From assembly GCF_009914755.1 (NCBI RefSeq), contig NC_060925.1: a DNA stretch of 64,000 nucleotides. One strand, written 5' to 3'. The position numbers and the translations under genes are program-made. Positions 52,034 to 64,000 of this stretch are shown here, piece by piece. A model generated the notes under the pieces. It did no database searches, had not been told where the DNA came from, and was given only the letters and a program-made list of their open reading frames with translations. Source of the stretch: the human T2T-CHM13v2.0 reference genome, Homo sapiens. Each line of letters begins with the position of its first letter. The first letter of the stretch is position 1.

Positions 52034-55000
52034 TAGACAGAAGAATTCTCAGTAACTTCCTTGTGTTGTGTGTATTCAACTCACAGAGTTGAACGATCCT
52101 TTACACAGAGCAGACTTGAAACACTCTTTTTGTGGAATTTGCAAGTGGAGATTTCAGCCGCTTTGAGGTCAATAGTAGAAAAGGAAATATCTTCGTAGAA
52201 AAACTAGACAGAATGATTCTCAGAAACTCCTTTGTGATGTGTGTGTTCAACTCACAGAGTTTAACCTTTCTTTTCATAGAGCAGTTAGTAAACACTCTGT
52301 TTATAAAGTCTGCAAGTGGATATTCAGACCCCTTTGAGGCCTTCGTTGGAAACGGGATTTCTTCATATTATGCTAGACAGAAGAATTCTCAGTAACTTCC
52401 TTGTGTTGTGTGTATTCAACTGACAGGGTTGAACTTTCATTTAGAGAGAGCAGATTTGAAACACTGTTTTTGTGGAATTTGCAATTGGAGATTTCAAGCG
52501 CTTTGGGGCCAAAGGCAGAAAAGGAAATATCTTCGTATAAAAACTAGACAGAATCATTCTCAGAAACTGCTGCGTGATGTGTGCGTTCAACTCTCAGAGT
52601 TTAACTTTTCTTTTCATTCAGCGGTTTGGAAACACTCTGTTTGTAAAGTCTGCACGTGGATATTTTGCCCACTTAGAGGCCTTCGTTGGAAACGGGTTTT
52701 TTTCATGTAAGGCTAGACAGAAGAATTCCCAGTAACTTCCTTGTGTTGTGTGCATTCAACTCACAGAGTTGAACGTTCCCTTAGACAGAGCAGATTTGAA
52801 ACACTCTATTTGTGCAATTTGCAAGTGTAGATCTCAAGCGCTTTAAGGTCAATGGGAGAAAAGGAAATATCTTCGTTTCAAAACTAGACAGAATCATTCC
52901 CACAAACTGCGTTGTGATGTCTTCGTTCAACTCACAGAGTTTAACCTTTCTGTTCATAGAGCAGTTAGGAAACACTCTGTTTGTAAAGTCTGCAAGTGGA
53001 TATTCAGACCTCCTTGAGGCCTTCGTTGGAAACGGGATTTCTTCATATTCTGCTAGACAGAAGAATTCTCAGTAACTTCCTTGTGTTGTGTGTATTCAAC
53101 TCACAGAGTTGAACGATCCTTTACACAGAGCAGACTTGAAACACTCTTTTTGTGGAATTTGCAAGTGGAGATTTCAGCCGCCTTGAGGTCAATGGTAGAA
53201 TAGGAAATATCTTCCTATAGAAACTAGACAGAATGTTTCTCAGAAACTCCTTTGTGATGTGTGCGTTCAACTCACAGAGTTTAACCTTTCTTTTCATAGA
53301 GCAGTTAGGAAACACTCTGTTTGTAAAGTCTGCAAGTGGATATTCAGACCTCTTTGAGGCCTTCGTTGGAAACGGGATTTCTTCATATTCTGCTAGACAG
53401 AAGAATTCTCAGTAACTTCCTTGTGTTGTGTGTATTCAACTCACAGAGTTGAACGATCCTTTACACAGAGCAGACTTGAAACACTCTTTTTGTGGAATTT
53501 GCAATTGGAGATTTCAGCCGCTTTGAGGTCAATAGTAGAAAAGGAAATATCGTCGTAGAAAAACTAGACAGAATGATTCTCAGAAACTCCTTTGTGATGT
53601 GTGTGTTCAACTCACAGAGTTTAACCTTTCTTTTCATAGAGCAGCTAGTAAACACTCTGTTTATAAAGTCTGCAAGTGGATATTCAGACCCCTTTGAGGC
53701 CTTCGTTGGAAACGGGATTTCTTCATATTATGCTAGACAGAAGAATTCTCAGTAACTTCCTTGTGTTGTGTGTATTCAGCTGACAGAGTTGAACTATCAT
53801 TTAGAGAGATCAGATTTGAAACACTGTTTTTGTGGAATTGGCAAGTGGAGATTTCAAGCGCTTTGGGGCCAAAGGCAGAAAAGGAAATATCTTCGTATAA
53901 AAACTAGACAGAATCATTCTCAGAAACTGCTGCGTGATGTGTGCGTTCAACTCTCAGAGTTTAACTTTTCTTTTCATTCAGCGGTTTGGAAACACTCTGT
54001 TTGTAAAGTCTGCACGTGGAAATTTTGACCACTTAGAGGCCTTCGTTGGAAACGGGTTTTTTTCATGTAAGGCTAGACAGAAGAATTCCCAGTAACTTCC
54101 TTGTGTTGTGTGCATTCAACTCACAGAGTTGAACGTTCCCTTAGACAGAGCAGATTTGAAACACTCTATTTGTGCAATTTGCAAGTGTAGATTTCAAGCG
54201 CTTTAAGGTCAATGGCAGAAAAGGAAATATCTTCGTTTCAAAACTAGACAGAATCATTCCCACAAACTGCGTTGTGATGTGTTCGTTCAACTCACAGAGT
54301 TTAACCTTTCTGTTCATAGAGCAGTTAGGAAACACTCTATTTCTAAAGTCTGTAAGTGGATATTCTGACATCTTGTGGCCTTCGTTGGAAACGGGATTTC
54401 TTCATATTCTGCTAGACAGAAGAATTCTCAGTAACTTCCTTGTGTTGTGTGTATTCAACTCACAGAGTTGAACGATCCTTTACACAGAGCAGACTTGAAA
54501 CACTCTTTTTGTGGAATTTGCAAGTGGAGATTTCAGCCGCTTTGAGGTCAATGGTAGAAAAGGAAACTATCTTCATATAAAGACTAGACAGAATGATTCT
54601 CAGAAAATCTTTTGTGATGTGTGCGTTCAACTCACAGAGTTTAACTTTTCTTCTCATAGAGCAGTTAGGAAACACTCTGTTTGTAAAGTCTGCAAGTGGA
54701 TATTCAGACCTCTTTGAGGCCTTCGTTGGAAACGGGATTTCTTCATATTATGCTAGACAGAATAATTCTCAGTAACTTCCTTGTGTTGTGTGTATTCAAC
54801 TCACAGAGTTGAAGGATCCTTTACAGAGAGCAGGCTTGAAACACTCTTTTTGTCGAATTTGCAAGTGGAGATTTCAGCCGCTTTGAGGTCAATGGTAGAA
54901 TAGGAAATATCTTCTTATAGAAACTAGACAGAATGATTCTCAGAAACTCCTTTGTGATGTGTGCGTTCAACTCACAGAGTTTAACCTTTCTTTTCATAGA

Positions 55001-57472
55001 ACAGTTAGGAAACACTCTGCTTGTAAAGTCTGCAAGTGGATATTCAGACCTCTTTGAGGCCTTCGTTGGAAACGGGAGTTCTTCATATTCTGCTAGACAG
55101 AAGAATTCTCAGTAACTTCCTTGTGTTGTGTGTATTCAACTCACAGAGTTGAACGATCCTTTACACAGAGCAGACTTGAAACACTCTTTTTGTGGAATTT
55201 GCAAGTGGAGATTTCAGCCGCTTTGAGGTCAATAGTAGAAAAGGAAATATCTTCGTAGAAAAACTAGACAGAATGATTCTCAGAAACTCCTTTGTGATGT
55301 GTGTGTTCAACTCACAGAGTTTAACCTTTCTTTTCATAGAGCAGTTAGTAAACACTCTGTTTATAAAGTCTGCAAGTGGATATTCAGACCCCTTTGAGGC
55401 CTTCGTTGGAAACGGGATTTCTTCATATTATGCTAGACAGAAGAATTCTCAGTAACTTCCTTGTGTTGTGTGTATTCAACTGACAGAGTTGAACTTTCAT
55501 TTAGAGAGAGCAGATTTGAAACACTGTTTTTGTGGAATTTGCAATTGGAGATTTCAAGCGCTTTGGGGCCAAAGGCAGAAAAGGAAATATCTTCGTATAA
55601 AAACTAGACAGAATCATTCTCAGAAACTGCTGCGTGATGTGTGCGTTCAACTCTCAGAGTTTAACTTTTCTTTTCATTCAGCGGTTTGGAAACACTCTGT
55701 TTGTAAAGTCTGCACGTGGATATTTTGCCCACTTAGAGGCCTTCGTTGGAAACGGGTTTTTTTCATGTAAGGCTAGACAGAAGAATTCCCAGTAACTTTC
55801 TTGTGTTGTGTGCATTCAACTCACAGAGTTGAACGTTCCCTTAGACAGAGCAGATTTGGAACACTCTATTTGTGCAATTTGCAAGTGTAGATCTCAAGCG
55901 CTTTAAGGTCAATGGGAGAAAAGGAAATATCTTCGTTTCAAAACTAGACAGAATCATTCCCACAAACTGCGTTGTGATGTGTTCGTTCAACTCACAGAGT
56001 TTAACCTTTCTGTTCATAGAGCAGTTAGGAAACACTCTGTTTGTAAAGTCTGCAAGTGGATATTCAGACCTCCTTGAGGCCTTCGTTGGAAACGGGATTT
56101 CTTCATATTCTGCTAGACAGAATAATTCTCAGTAACTTCCTTGTGTTGTGTGTATTCAACTCACAGAGTTGAACGATCCTTTACACAGAGCAGACTTGAA
56201 ACACTCTTTTTGTGGAATTTGCAAGTGGAGATTTCAGCCGCTTTGAGGTCAATGGTAGAATAGGAAATATCTTCCTATAGAAACTAGACAGAATGATTCT
56301 CAGAAACTCCTTTGTGATGTGTGCGTTCAACTCACAGAGTTTAACCTTTCTTTTCATAGAGCAGTTAGGAAACACTCTGTTTGTAAAGTCTGCAAGTGGA
56401 TATTCAGACCTCTTTGAGGCCTTCGTTGGAAACGGGATTTCTTCATATTCTGCTAGACAGAAGAATTCTCAGTAACTTCCTTGTGTTGTGTGTATTCAAC
56501 TCACAGAGTTGAACGATCCTTTACACAGAGCAGACTTGAAACACTCTTTTTGTGGAATTTGCAATTGGAGATTTCAGCCGCTTTGAGGTCAATAGTAGAA
56601 AAGGAAATATCGTCGTAGAAAAACTAGACAGAATGATTCTCAGAAACTCCTTTGTGATGTGTGTGTTCAACTCACAGAATTTAACCTTTCTTTTCATAGA
56701 GCAGCTAGTAAACACTCTGTTTATAAAGTCTGCAAGTGGATATTCAGACCCCTTTGAGGCCTTCGTTGGAAACGGGATTTCTTCATATTATGCTAGACAG
56801 AAGAATTCTCAGTAACTTCCTTGTGTTGTGTGTATTCAACTGACAGAGTTGAACTATCATTTAGAGAGAGCAGATTTGAAACACTGTTTTTGTGGAATTG
56901 GCAAGTGGAGATTTCAAGCGCTTTGGGGCCAAAGGCAGAAAAGGAAATATCTTCGTATAAAAACTAGACAGAATCATTCTCAGAAACTGCTGCGTGATGT
57001 GTGCGTTCAACTCTCAGAGTTTAACTTTTCTTTTCATTCAGCGGTTTGGAAACACTCTGTTTGTAAAGTCTGCACGTGGAAATTTTGACCACTTAGAGGC
57101 CTTCGTTGGAAACGGGTTTTTTTCATGTAAGGCTAGACAGAAGAATTCCCAGTAACTTCCTTGTGTTGTGTGCATTCAACTCACAGAGTTGAACGTTCCC
57201 TTAGACAGAGCAGATTTGAAACACTCTATTTGTGCAATTTGCAAGTGTAGATTTCAAGCGCTTTAAGGTCAATGGCAGAAAAGGAAATATCTTCGTTTCA
57301 AAACTAGACAGAATCATTCCCACAAACTGCGTTGTGATGTGTTCGTTCAACTCACAGAGTTTAACCTTTCTGTTCATAGAGCAGTTAGGAAACACTCTAT
57401 TTCTAAAGTCTGTAAGTGGATATTCTGACATCTTGTGGCCTTCGTTGGAAACGGGATTTCTTCATATTCTGC
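52034..57472 (+). repeat. 18-mer (3060 bp period) duplication, about 1.8 copies
   Basis: ORF offsets 52101/55161, 52408/55468, 53768/56828 and 54141/57201 are 3060. Shared variants: TTTTGCCCAC, AATGGGAGAA, ATATCGTCGTAG, GCAGCTAGTA, GAACTATCAT, CTCTATTTCTAAAG. Confidence 0.87.
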
Positions 57473-60400
57473 TAGACAGAAGAATTCTCAGTAACTTCCT
57501 TGTGTTGTGTGTATTCAACTCACAGAGTTGAACGATCCTTTACACAGAGCAGACTTGAAACACTCTTTTTGTGGAATTTGCAAGTGGAGATTTCAGCCGC
57601 TTTGAGGTCAATGGTAGAAAAGGAAATATCTTCGTATAAAGACTAGACAGAATGATTCTCAGAAACTCCTTTGTGATGTGTGCGTTCAACTCACAGAGTT
57701 TAACTTTTCTTTTCATAGAGCAGTTAGGAAACACTCTGTTTGTAAAGTCTGCAAGTGGATATTCAGACCTCTTTGAGGCCTTCGTTGGAAACAGGATTTC
57801 TTCATATTATGCTAGACAGAATAATTCTCAGTAACTTCCTTGTGTTGTGTGTATTCAACTCACAGAGTTGAACTATCCTTTACAGAGAGCAGACTTGAAA
57901 CACCCTTTTTGTGGAATTTGCAAGTGGAGATTTCAGCCGCTTTGAGGTCAATGGTAGAATAGGAAATATCTTCCTATAGAAACTAGACAGAATGATTCTC
58001 AGAAACTCCTTTGTGATGTGTGCGTTTAACTCACAGAATTTAACCTTTCTTTTCATAGAGCAGTTAGGAAACACTCTGTTTGTTAAAGTCTGCAAGTGGA
58101 TATTCAGACCTCTTTGAGGCCTTCGTTGGAAACGGGATTTCTTCATATTATGCTAGACAGAAGAATTCTCAGTAACTTCCTTGTGTTGTGTGTATTCAAC
58201 TCACAGAGTTGAACGATCCTTTACACAGAGCAGACTTGAAACACTCTTTTTGTGGAATTTGCAAGTGGAGATTTCAGCCGCTTTGAGGTCAATGGTAGAA
58301 TAGGAAATATCTTCCTATAGAAACTAGACAGAATGATTCTCATAAACTCCTTTGTGATGTGTGCGTTCAACTCACAGAGTTTAACCTTTCTGTTCATAGA
58401 GCAGTTAGGAAACACTCTGTTTGTAAAGTCTGCAAGTGGATATTCAGACCTCTTTGAGGCTTCGTTGGAAACGGGATTTCTTCATATTCTGCTAGACAAA
58501 AGAATTCTCAGTAACTTCCTTGTGTTGTGTGTATTCAACTCACAGAGTTGAACGATCCTTTACACAGAGCAGACTTGAAACACTCTTTTTGTGGAATTTG
58601 CAAGTGGAGATTTCAGCCGCTTTGAGGTCAATAGTAGAAAAGGAAATATCTTCGTAGAAAAACTAGACAGAATGATTCTCAGAAACTCCTTTGTGATGTG
58701 TGTGTTCAACTCACAGAGTTTAACCTTTCTTTTCATAGAGCAGTTAGTAAACACTCTGTTTATAAAGTCTGCAAGTGGATATTCAGACCCCTTTGAGGCC
58801 TTCTTTGGAAACGGGATTTCTTCATATTCTGCTAGACAGAAGAATTCTCAGTAACTTCCTTGTGTTGTGTGTATTCAACTGACAGAGTTGAACTTTCATT
58901 TAGAGAGAGCAGATTTGAAACACTTTTTTTGTGGAATTTGCAAGTGGAGATTTCAAGCGCTTTGGGGCCAAAGGTAGAAAAGGAAATATCTTCGTATAAA
59001 AACTAGACAGAATCATTCTCAGAAACTGCTGCGTGATGTGTGTGTTCAACTCTCAGAGTTTAACTTTCCTTTTCATTCAGCGGTTTGGAAACACTCTGTT
59101 TGTAAAGTCTGCACGTGGATATTTTGACCACTTAGAGGCCTTCGTTGGAAACGGGTTTTTTTGTATGTAAGGCTAGACAGAAGAATTCCCAGTAACTTCC
59201 TTGTGTTGTGTGCATTCAACTCACAGAGTTGAACGTTCCCTTAGACAGAGCAGATTTGAAACACTCTATTTGTGCAATTTGCAAGTGTATATTTCAAGCG
59301 CTTTAAGGTCAAAGGCAGAAAAGGAAATATCTTCGTTTCAAAACTAGACAGAATCATTCCCACAAACTGCGTTGTGATGTGTTCGTTCAACTCACAGAGT
59401 TTAACCTTTCTGTTCATAGAGCAGTTAGGAAACACTCTGTTTGTAAAGTCTGTAAGTGGATATTCTGACATCTTGTGGCCTTCGTTGGAAACGGGATTTC
59501 TTCATATTCTGCTAGACAGAAGAATTCTCAGTAACTTCCTTGTGTTGTGTGTATTCAACTCACAGAGTTGAACGATCCTTTACACAGAGCAGACTTGAAA
59601 CACTCTTTTTGTGGAATTTGCAAGTGGAGATTTCAGCCGCTTTGAGGTCAATGGTAGAAAAGGAAATATCTTCGTATAAAGACTAGACAGAATGATTCTC
59701 AGAAACTCCTTTGTGATGTGTGCGTTCAACTCACAGAGTTTAACCTTTCTTTTCATAGAGCAGTTAGGAAACACTGTGTAAAGTCTGCAAGTGGATATTC
59801 AGACCTCCTTGAGGCCTTCGTTGGAAACGGGATTTCTTCATATTCTGCTAGACAGAATAATTCTCAGTAACTTCCTTGTGTTGTGTGTATTCAACTCACA
59901 GAGTTGAACGATCCTTTACACAGAGCAGACTTGAAACACTCTTTTTGTGGAATTTGCAAGTGGAGATTTCAGCCGCTTTGAGGTCAATGGTAGAATAGGA
60001 AATATCTTCCTATAGAAACTAGACAGAATGATTCTCAGAAACTCCTTTGTGATGTGTGCGTTCAACTCACAGAGTTTAACCTTTCTTTTCATAGAGCAGT
60101 TAGGAAACACTCTGTTTTTAAAGTCTGCAAGTGGATATTCAGACCTCTTTGAGGCCTTCGTTGGAAACGGGATTTCTTCATATTCTGCTAGACAGAAGAA
60201 TTCTCAGTAACTTCCTTGTGTTGTGTGTATTCAACTCACAGAGTTGAACGATCCTTTACACAGAGCAGACTTGAAACACTCTTTTTGTGGAATTTGCAAT
60301 TGGAGATTTCAGCCGCTTTGAGGTCAATAGTAGAAAAGGAAATATCGTCGTAGAAAAACTAGACAGAATGATTCTCAGAAACTCCTTTGTGATGTGTGTG

Positions 60401-63400
60401 TTCAACTCACAGAGTTTAACCTTTCTTTTCATAGAGCAGCTAGTAAACACTCTGTTTATAAAGTCTGCAAGTGGATATTCAGACCCCTTTGAGGCCTTCG
60501 TTGGAAACGGGATTTCTTCATATTATGCTAGACAGAAGAATTCTCAGTAACTTCCTTGTGTTGTGTGTATTCAACTGACAGAGTTGAACTATCATTTAGA
60601 GAGAGCAGATTTGAAACACTGTTTTTGTGGAATTGGCAAGTGGAGATTTCAAGCGCTTTGGGGCCAAAGGCAGAAAAGGAAATATCTTCGTATAAAAACT
60701 AGACAGAATCATTCTCAGAAACTGCTGCGTGATGTGTGCGTTCAACTCTCAGAGTTTAACTTTTCTTTTCATTCAGCGGTTTGGAAACACTCTGTTTGTA
60801 AAGTCTGCACGTGGAAATTTTGACCACTTAGAGGCCTTCGTTGGAAACGGGTTTTTTTCATGTAAGGCTAGACAGAAGAATTCCCAGTAACTTCCTTGTG
60901 TTGTGTGCATTCAACTCACAGAGTTGAACGTTCCCTTAGACAGAGCAGATTTGAAACACTCTATTTGTGCAATTTGCAAGTGTAGATTTCAAGCGCTTTA
61001 AGGTCAATGGCAGAAAAGGAAATATCTTCGTTTCAAAACTAGACAGAATCATTCCCACAAACTGCGTTGTGATGTGTTCGTTCAACTCACAGAGTTTAAC
61101 CTTTCTGTTCATAGAGCAGTTAGGAAACACTCTATTTCTAAAGTCTGTAAGTGGATATTCTGACATCTTGTGGCCTTCGTTGGAAACGGGATTTCTTCAT
61201 ATTCTGCTAGACAGAAGAATTCTCAGTAACTTCCTTGTGTTGTGTGTATTCAACTCACAGAGTTGAACGATCCTTTACACAGAGCAGACTTGAAACACTC
61301 TTTTTGTGGAATTTGCAAGTGGAGATTTCAGCCGCTTTGAGGTCAATGGTAGAAAAGGAAATATCTTCGTATAAAGACTAGACAGAATGATTCTCAGAAA
61401 CTCCTTTGTGATGTGTGCGTTCAACTCACAGAGTTTAACTTTTCTTTTCATAGAGCAGTTAGGAAACACTCTGTTTGTAAAGTCTGCAAGTGGATATTCA
61501 GACCTCTTTGAGGCCTTCGTTGGAAACAGGATTTCTTCATATTATGCTAGACAGAATAATTCTCAGTAACTTCCTTGTGTTGTGTGTATTCAACTCACAG
61601 AGTTGAACTATCCTTTACAGAGAGCAGACTTGAAACACCCTTTTTGTGGAATTTGCAAGTGGAGATTTCAGCCGCTTTGAGGTCAATGGTAGAATAGGAA
61701 ATATCTTCCTATAGAAACTAGACAGAATGATTCTCAGAAACTCCTTTGTGATGTGTGCGTTTAACTCACAGAATTTAACCTTACTTTTCATAGAGCAGTT
61801 AGGAAACACTCTGTTTGTTAAAGTCTGCAAGTGGATATTCAGACCTCTTTGAGGCCTTCGTTGGAAACGGGATTTCTTCATATTATGCTAGACAGAAGAA
61901 TTCTCAGTAACTTCCTTGTGTTGTGTGTATTCAACTCACAGAGTTGAACGATCCTTTACACAGAGCAGACTTGAAACACTCTTTTTGTGGAATTTGCAAG
62001 TGGAGATTTCAGCCGCTTTGAGGTCAATGGTAGAATAGGAAATATCTTCCTATAGAAACTAGACAGAATGATTCTCATAAACTCCTTTGTGATGTGTGCG
62101 TTCAACTCACAGAGTTTAACCTTTCTGTTCATAGAGCAGTTAGGAAACACTCTGTTTGTAAAGTCTGCAAGTGGATATTCAGACCTCTTTGAGGCTTCGT
62201 TGGAAACGGGATTTCTTCATATTCTGCTAGACAAAAGAATTCTCAGTAACTTCCTTGTGTTGTGTGTATTCAACTCACAGAGTTGAACGATCCTTTACAC
62301 AGAGCAGACTTGAAACACTCTTTTTGTGGAATTTGCAAGTGGAGATTTCAGCCGCTTTGAGGTCAATAGTAGAAAAGGAAATATCTTCGTAGAAAAACTA
62401 GACAGAATGATTCTCAGAAACTCCTTTGTGATGTGTGTGTTCAACTCACAGAGTTTAACCTTTCTTTTCATAGAGCAGTTAGTAAACACTCTGTTTATAA
62501 AGTCTGCAAGTGGATATTCAGACCCCTTTGAGGCCTTCTTTGGAAACGGGATTTCTTCATATTCTGCTAGACAGAAGAATTCTCAGTAACTTCCTTGTGT
62601 TGTGTGTATTCAACTGACAGAGTTGAACTTTCATTTAGAGAGAGCAGATTTGAAACACTTTTTTTGTGGAATTTGCAAGTGGAGATTTCAAGCGCTTTGG
62701 GGCCAAAGGTAGAAAAGGAAATATCTTCGTATAAAAACTAGACAGAATCATTCTCAGAAACTGCTGCGTGATGTGTGTGTTCAACTCTCAGAGTTTAACT
62801 TTCCTTTTCATTCAGCGGTTTGGAAACACTCTGTTTGTAAAGTCTGCACGTGGATATTTTGACCACTTAGAGGCCTTCGTTGGAAACGGGTTTTTTTGTA
62901 TGTAAGGCTAGACAGAAGAATTCCCAGTAACTTCCTTGTGTTGTGTGCATTCAACTCACAGAGTTGAACGTTCCCTTAGACAGAGCAGATTTGAAACACT
63001 CTATTTGTGCAATTTGCAAGTGTATATTTCAAGCGCTTTAAGGTCAAAGGCAGAAAAGGAAATATCTTCGTTTCAAAACTAGACAGAATCATTCCCACAA
63101 ACTGCGTTGTGATGTGTTCGTTCAACTCACAGAGTTTAACCTTTCTGTTCATAGAGCAGTTAGGAAACACTCTGTTTGTAAAGTCTGTAAGTGGATATTC
63201 TGACATCTTGTGGCCTTCGTTGGAAACGGGATTTCTTCATATTCTGCTAGACAGAAGAATTCTCAGTAACTTCCTTGTGTTGTGTGTATTCAACTCACAG
63301 AGTTGAACGATCCTTTACACAGAGCAGACTTGAAACACTCTTTTTGTGGAATTTGCAAGTGGAGATTTCAGCCGCTTTGAGGTCAATGGTAGAAAAGGAA

Positions 63401-63583
63401 ATATCTTCGTATAAAGACTAGACAGAATGATTCTCAGAAACTCCTTGGTGATGTGTGCGTTCAACTCACAGAGTTTAACCTTTCTTTTCATAGAGCAGTT
63501 AGGAAACACTGTGTAAAGTCTGCAAGTGGATATTCAGACCTCCTTGAGGCCTTCGTTGGAAACGGGATTTCTTCATATTCTGC
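56114..63583 (+). repeat. Tandem duplication of a second 22-monomer unit (3735 bp x2)
   Basis: Copies 56114-59848 and 59849-63583; ORF offsets 56181/59916 through 59580/63315 are all 3735. Shared private variants: AAACAGGA, CACCCTTTTT, TTTGTTAAAG, GAGGCTTCG, TTTGTATGTAAGG, GTGTATATTTC, ACACTGTGTAAAG. Confidence 0.92.
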
Positions 63584-64000
63584 TAGACAGAAGAATTCTC
63601 AGTAACTTCCTTGTGTTGTGTGTATTCAACTCACAGAGTTGAAAGATCCTTTACAGAGAGCAGACTTGAAACACTCTTTTTGTGGAATTTGTAAGTGGAG
63701 ATTTCAGCCGCTTTGAGGTCAATGGTAGAATAGGAAATATCTTAATATAGAAACTAGACAGAATGATTCTCAGAAACTCCTTTGTGATGTGTGCGTTCAA
63801 CTCACAGAGTTTAACCTTTCTTTTCATAGAGCAGTTAGGAAACACTCTGTTTGTAAAGTCTGCAAGTGGATATTCAGACCTCTTTGAGGCCTTCGTTGGA
63901 AACGGGATTTCTTCATATTCTGCTAGACAGAAGAATTCTCAGTAACTTCCTTGTGTTGTGTGTATTCAACTCACAGAGTTGAAAGATCCTTTACACAGAG

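Larger units (their letters stand above)
1..64000 (+). repeat. Alpha-satellite higher-order repeat array, SF1 (J1/J2 dimeric), most likely human D1Z7/D5Z2/D19Z3 (S1C1/5/19H1L)
   Basis: TAGACAGAA recurs at 1, 172, 341 (171+169 bp monomers) and the ORF track repeats every ~340 bp to the window end. CENP-B boxes occur in alternate monomers and GAATTC recurs at ~340-bp spacing (the classic EcoRI dimer). Alpha-satellite identity is certain; the family assignment comes from recognising the consensus, not from a search. Confidence 0.95.

Noticed and set aside
68-63945. Hundreds of 60-108 aa ORFs on both strands (MFPNCSMKRKVKLCEL..., MILRNSFVMCAFNSQ...)
   Set aside because: They are translations of alpha-satellite monomers repeating every 340 bp, overlap in several frames, often use non-ATG starts, and are freely broken by indels. 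There is no sign of coding constraint or gene structure.
1-64000. CRISPR-like or other repeat-spacer system
   Set aside because: There are no unique spacers and no cas-like or other genes; every base belongs to a homologous ~170-bp monomer.
1-64000. Transposon insertion (L1/Alu), inversion or non-satellite island
   Set aside because: I saw no poly-A tail, target-site duplication, foreign sequence or reverse-orientation CENP-B box (TCCCGTTTCCAACGAAG) on the + strand. The register is continuous apart from the 30500 junction and 1-5 bp indels.
1-64000. Assignment to one chromosome (1, 5 or 19) or to the active kinetochore site
   Set aside because: This HOR family is shared by the three chromosomes, and CENP-A position is epigenetic; neither can be decided from this sequence without alignment and chromatin data.

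Overview
The whole 64 kb is one uninterrupted, single-orientation alpha-satellite (centromeric) array. It has about 188 dimers of ~340 bp (171+169 bp monomers), with a CENP-B box (CTTCGTTGGAAACGGGA) in every second monomer. The sequence matches what I recognise as the human suprachromosomal family 1 live array shared by chromosomes 1, 5 and 19 (D1Z7/D5Z2/D19Z3, S1C1/5/19H1L); I cannot tell which of the three chromosomes. I found no genes, transposon insertions, inversions or new biological system, and all listed ORFs are by-products of the repeat. The real structure is higher-order. Dimers follow the pattern (generic dimers)n - 'A3' - 'B' - 'C', where these labels are my own. Local amplifications are layered on top: a 3730-bp 22-mer array at ~5.1-25.8 kb in which about half the CENP-B boxes are mutated, a separate 3735-bp 22-mer duplication at 56.1-63.6 kb, and 12-, 16- and 18-mer duplications in between. 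The only large register break is a +79 bp junction with AGAG microhomology at 30500, close to a tight cluster of substitutions. All counts were made by eye and from ORF-track offsets.
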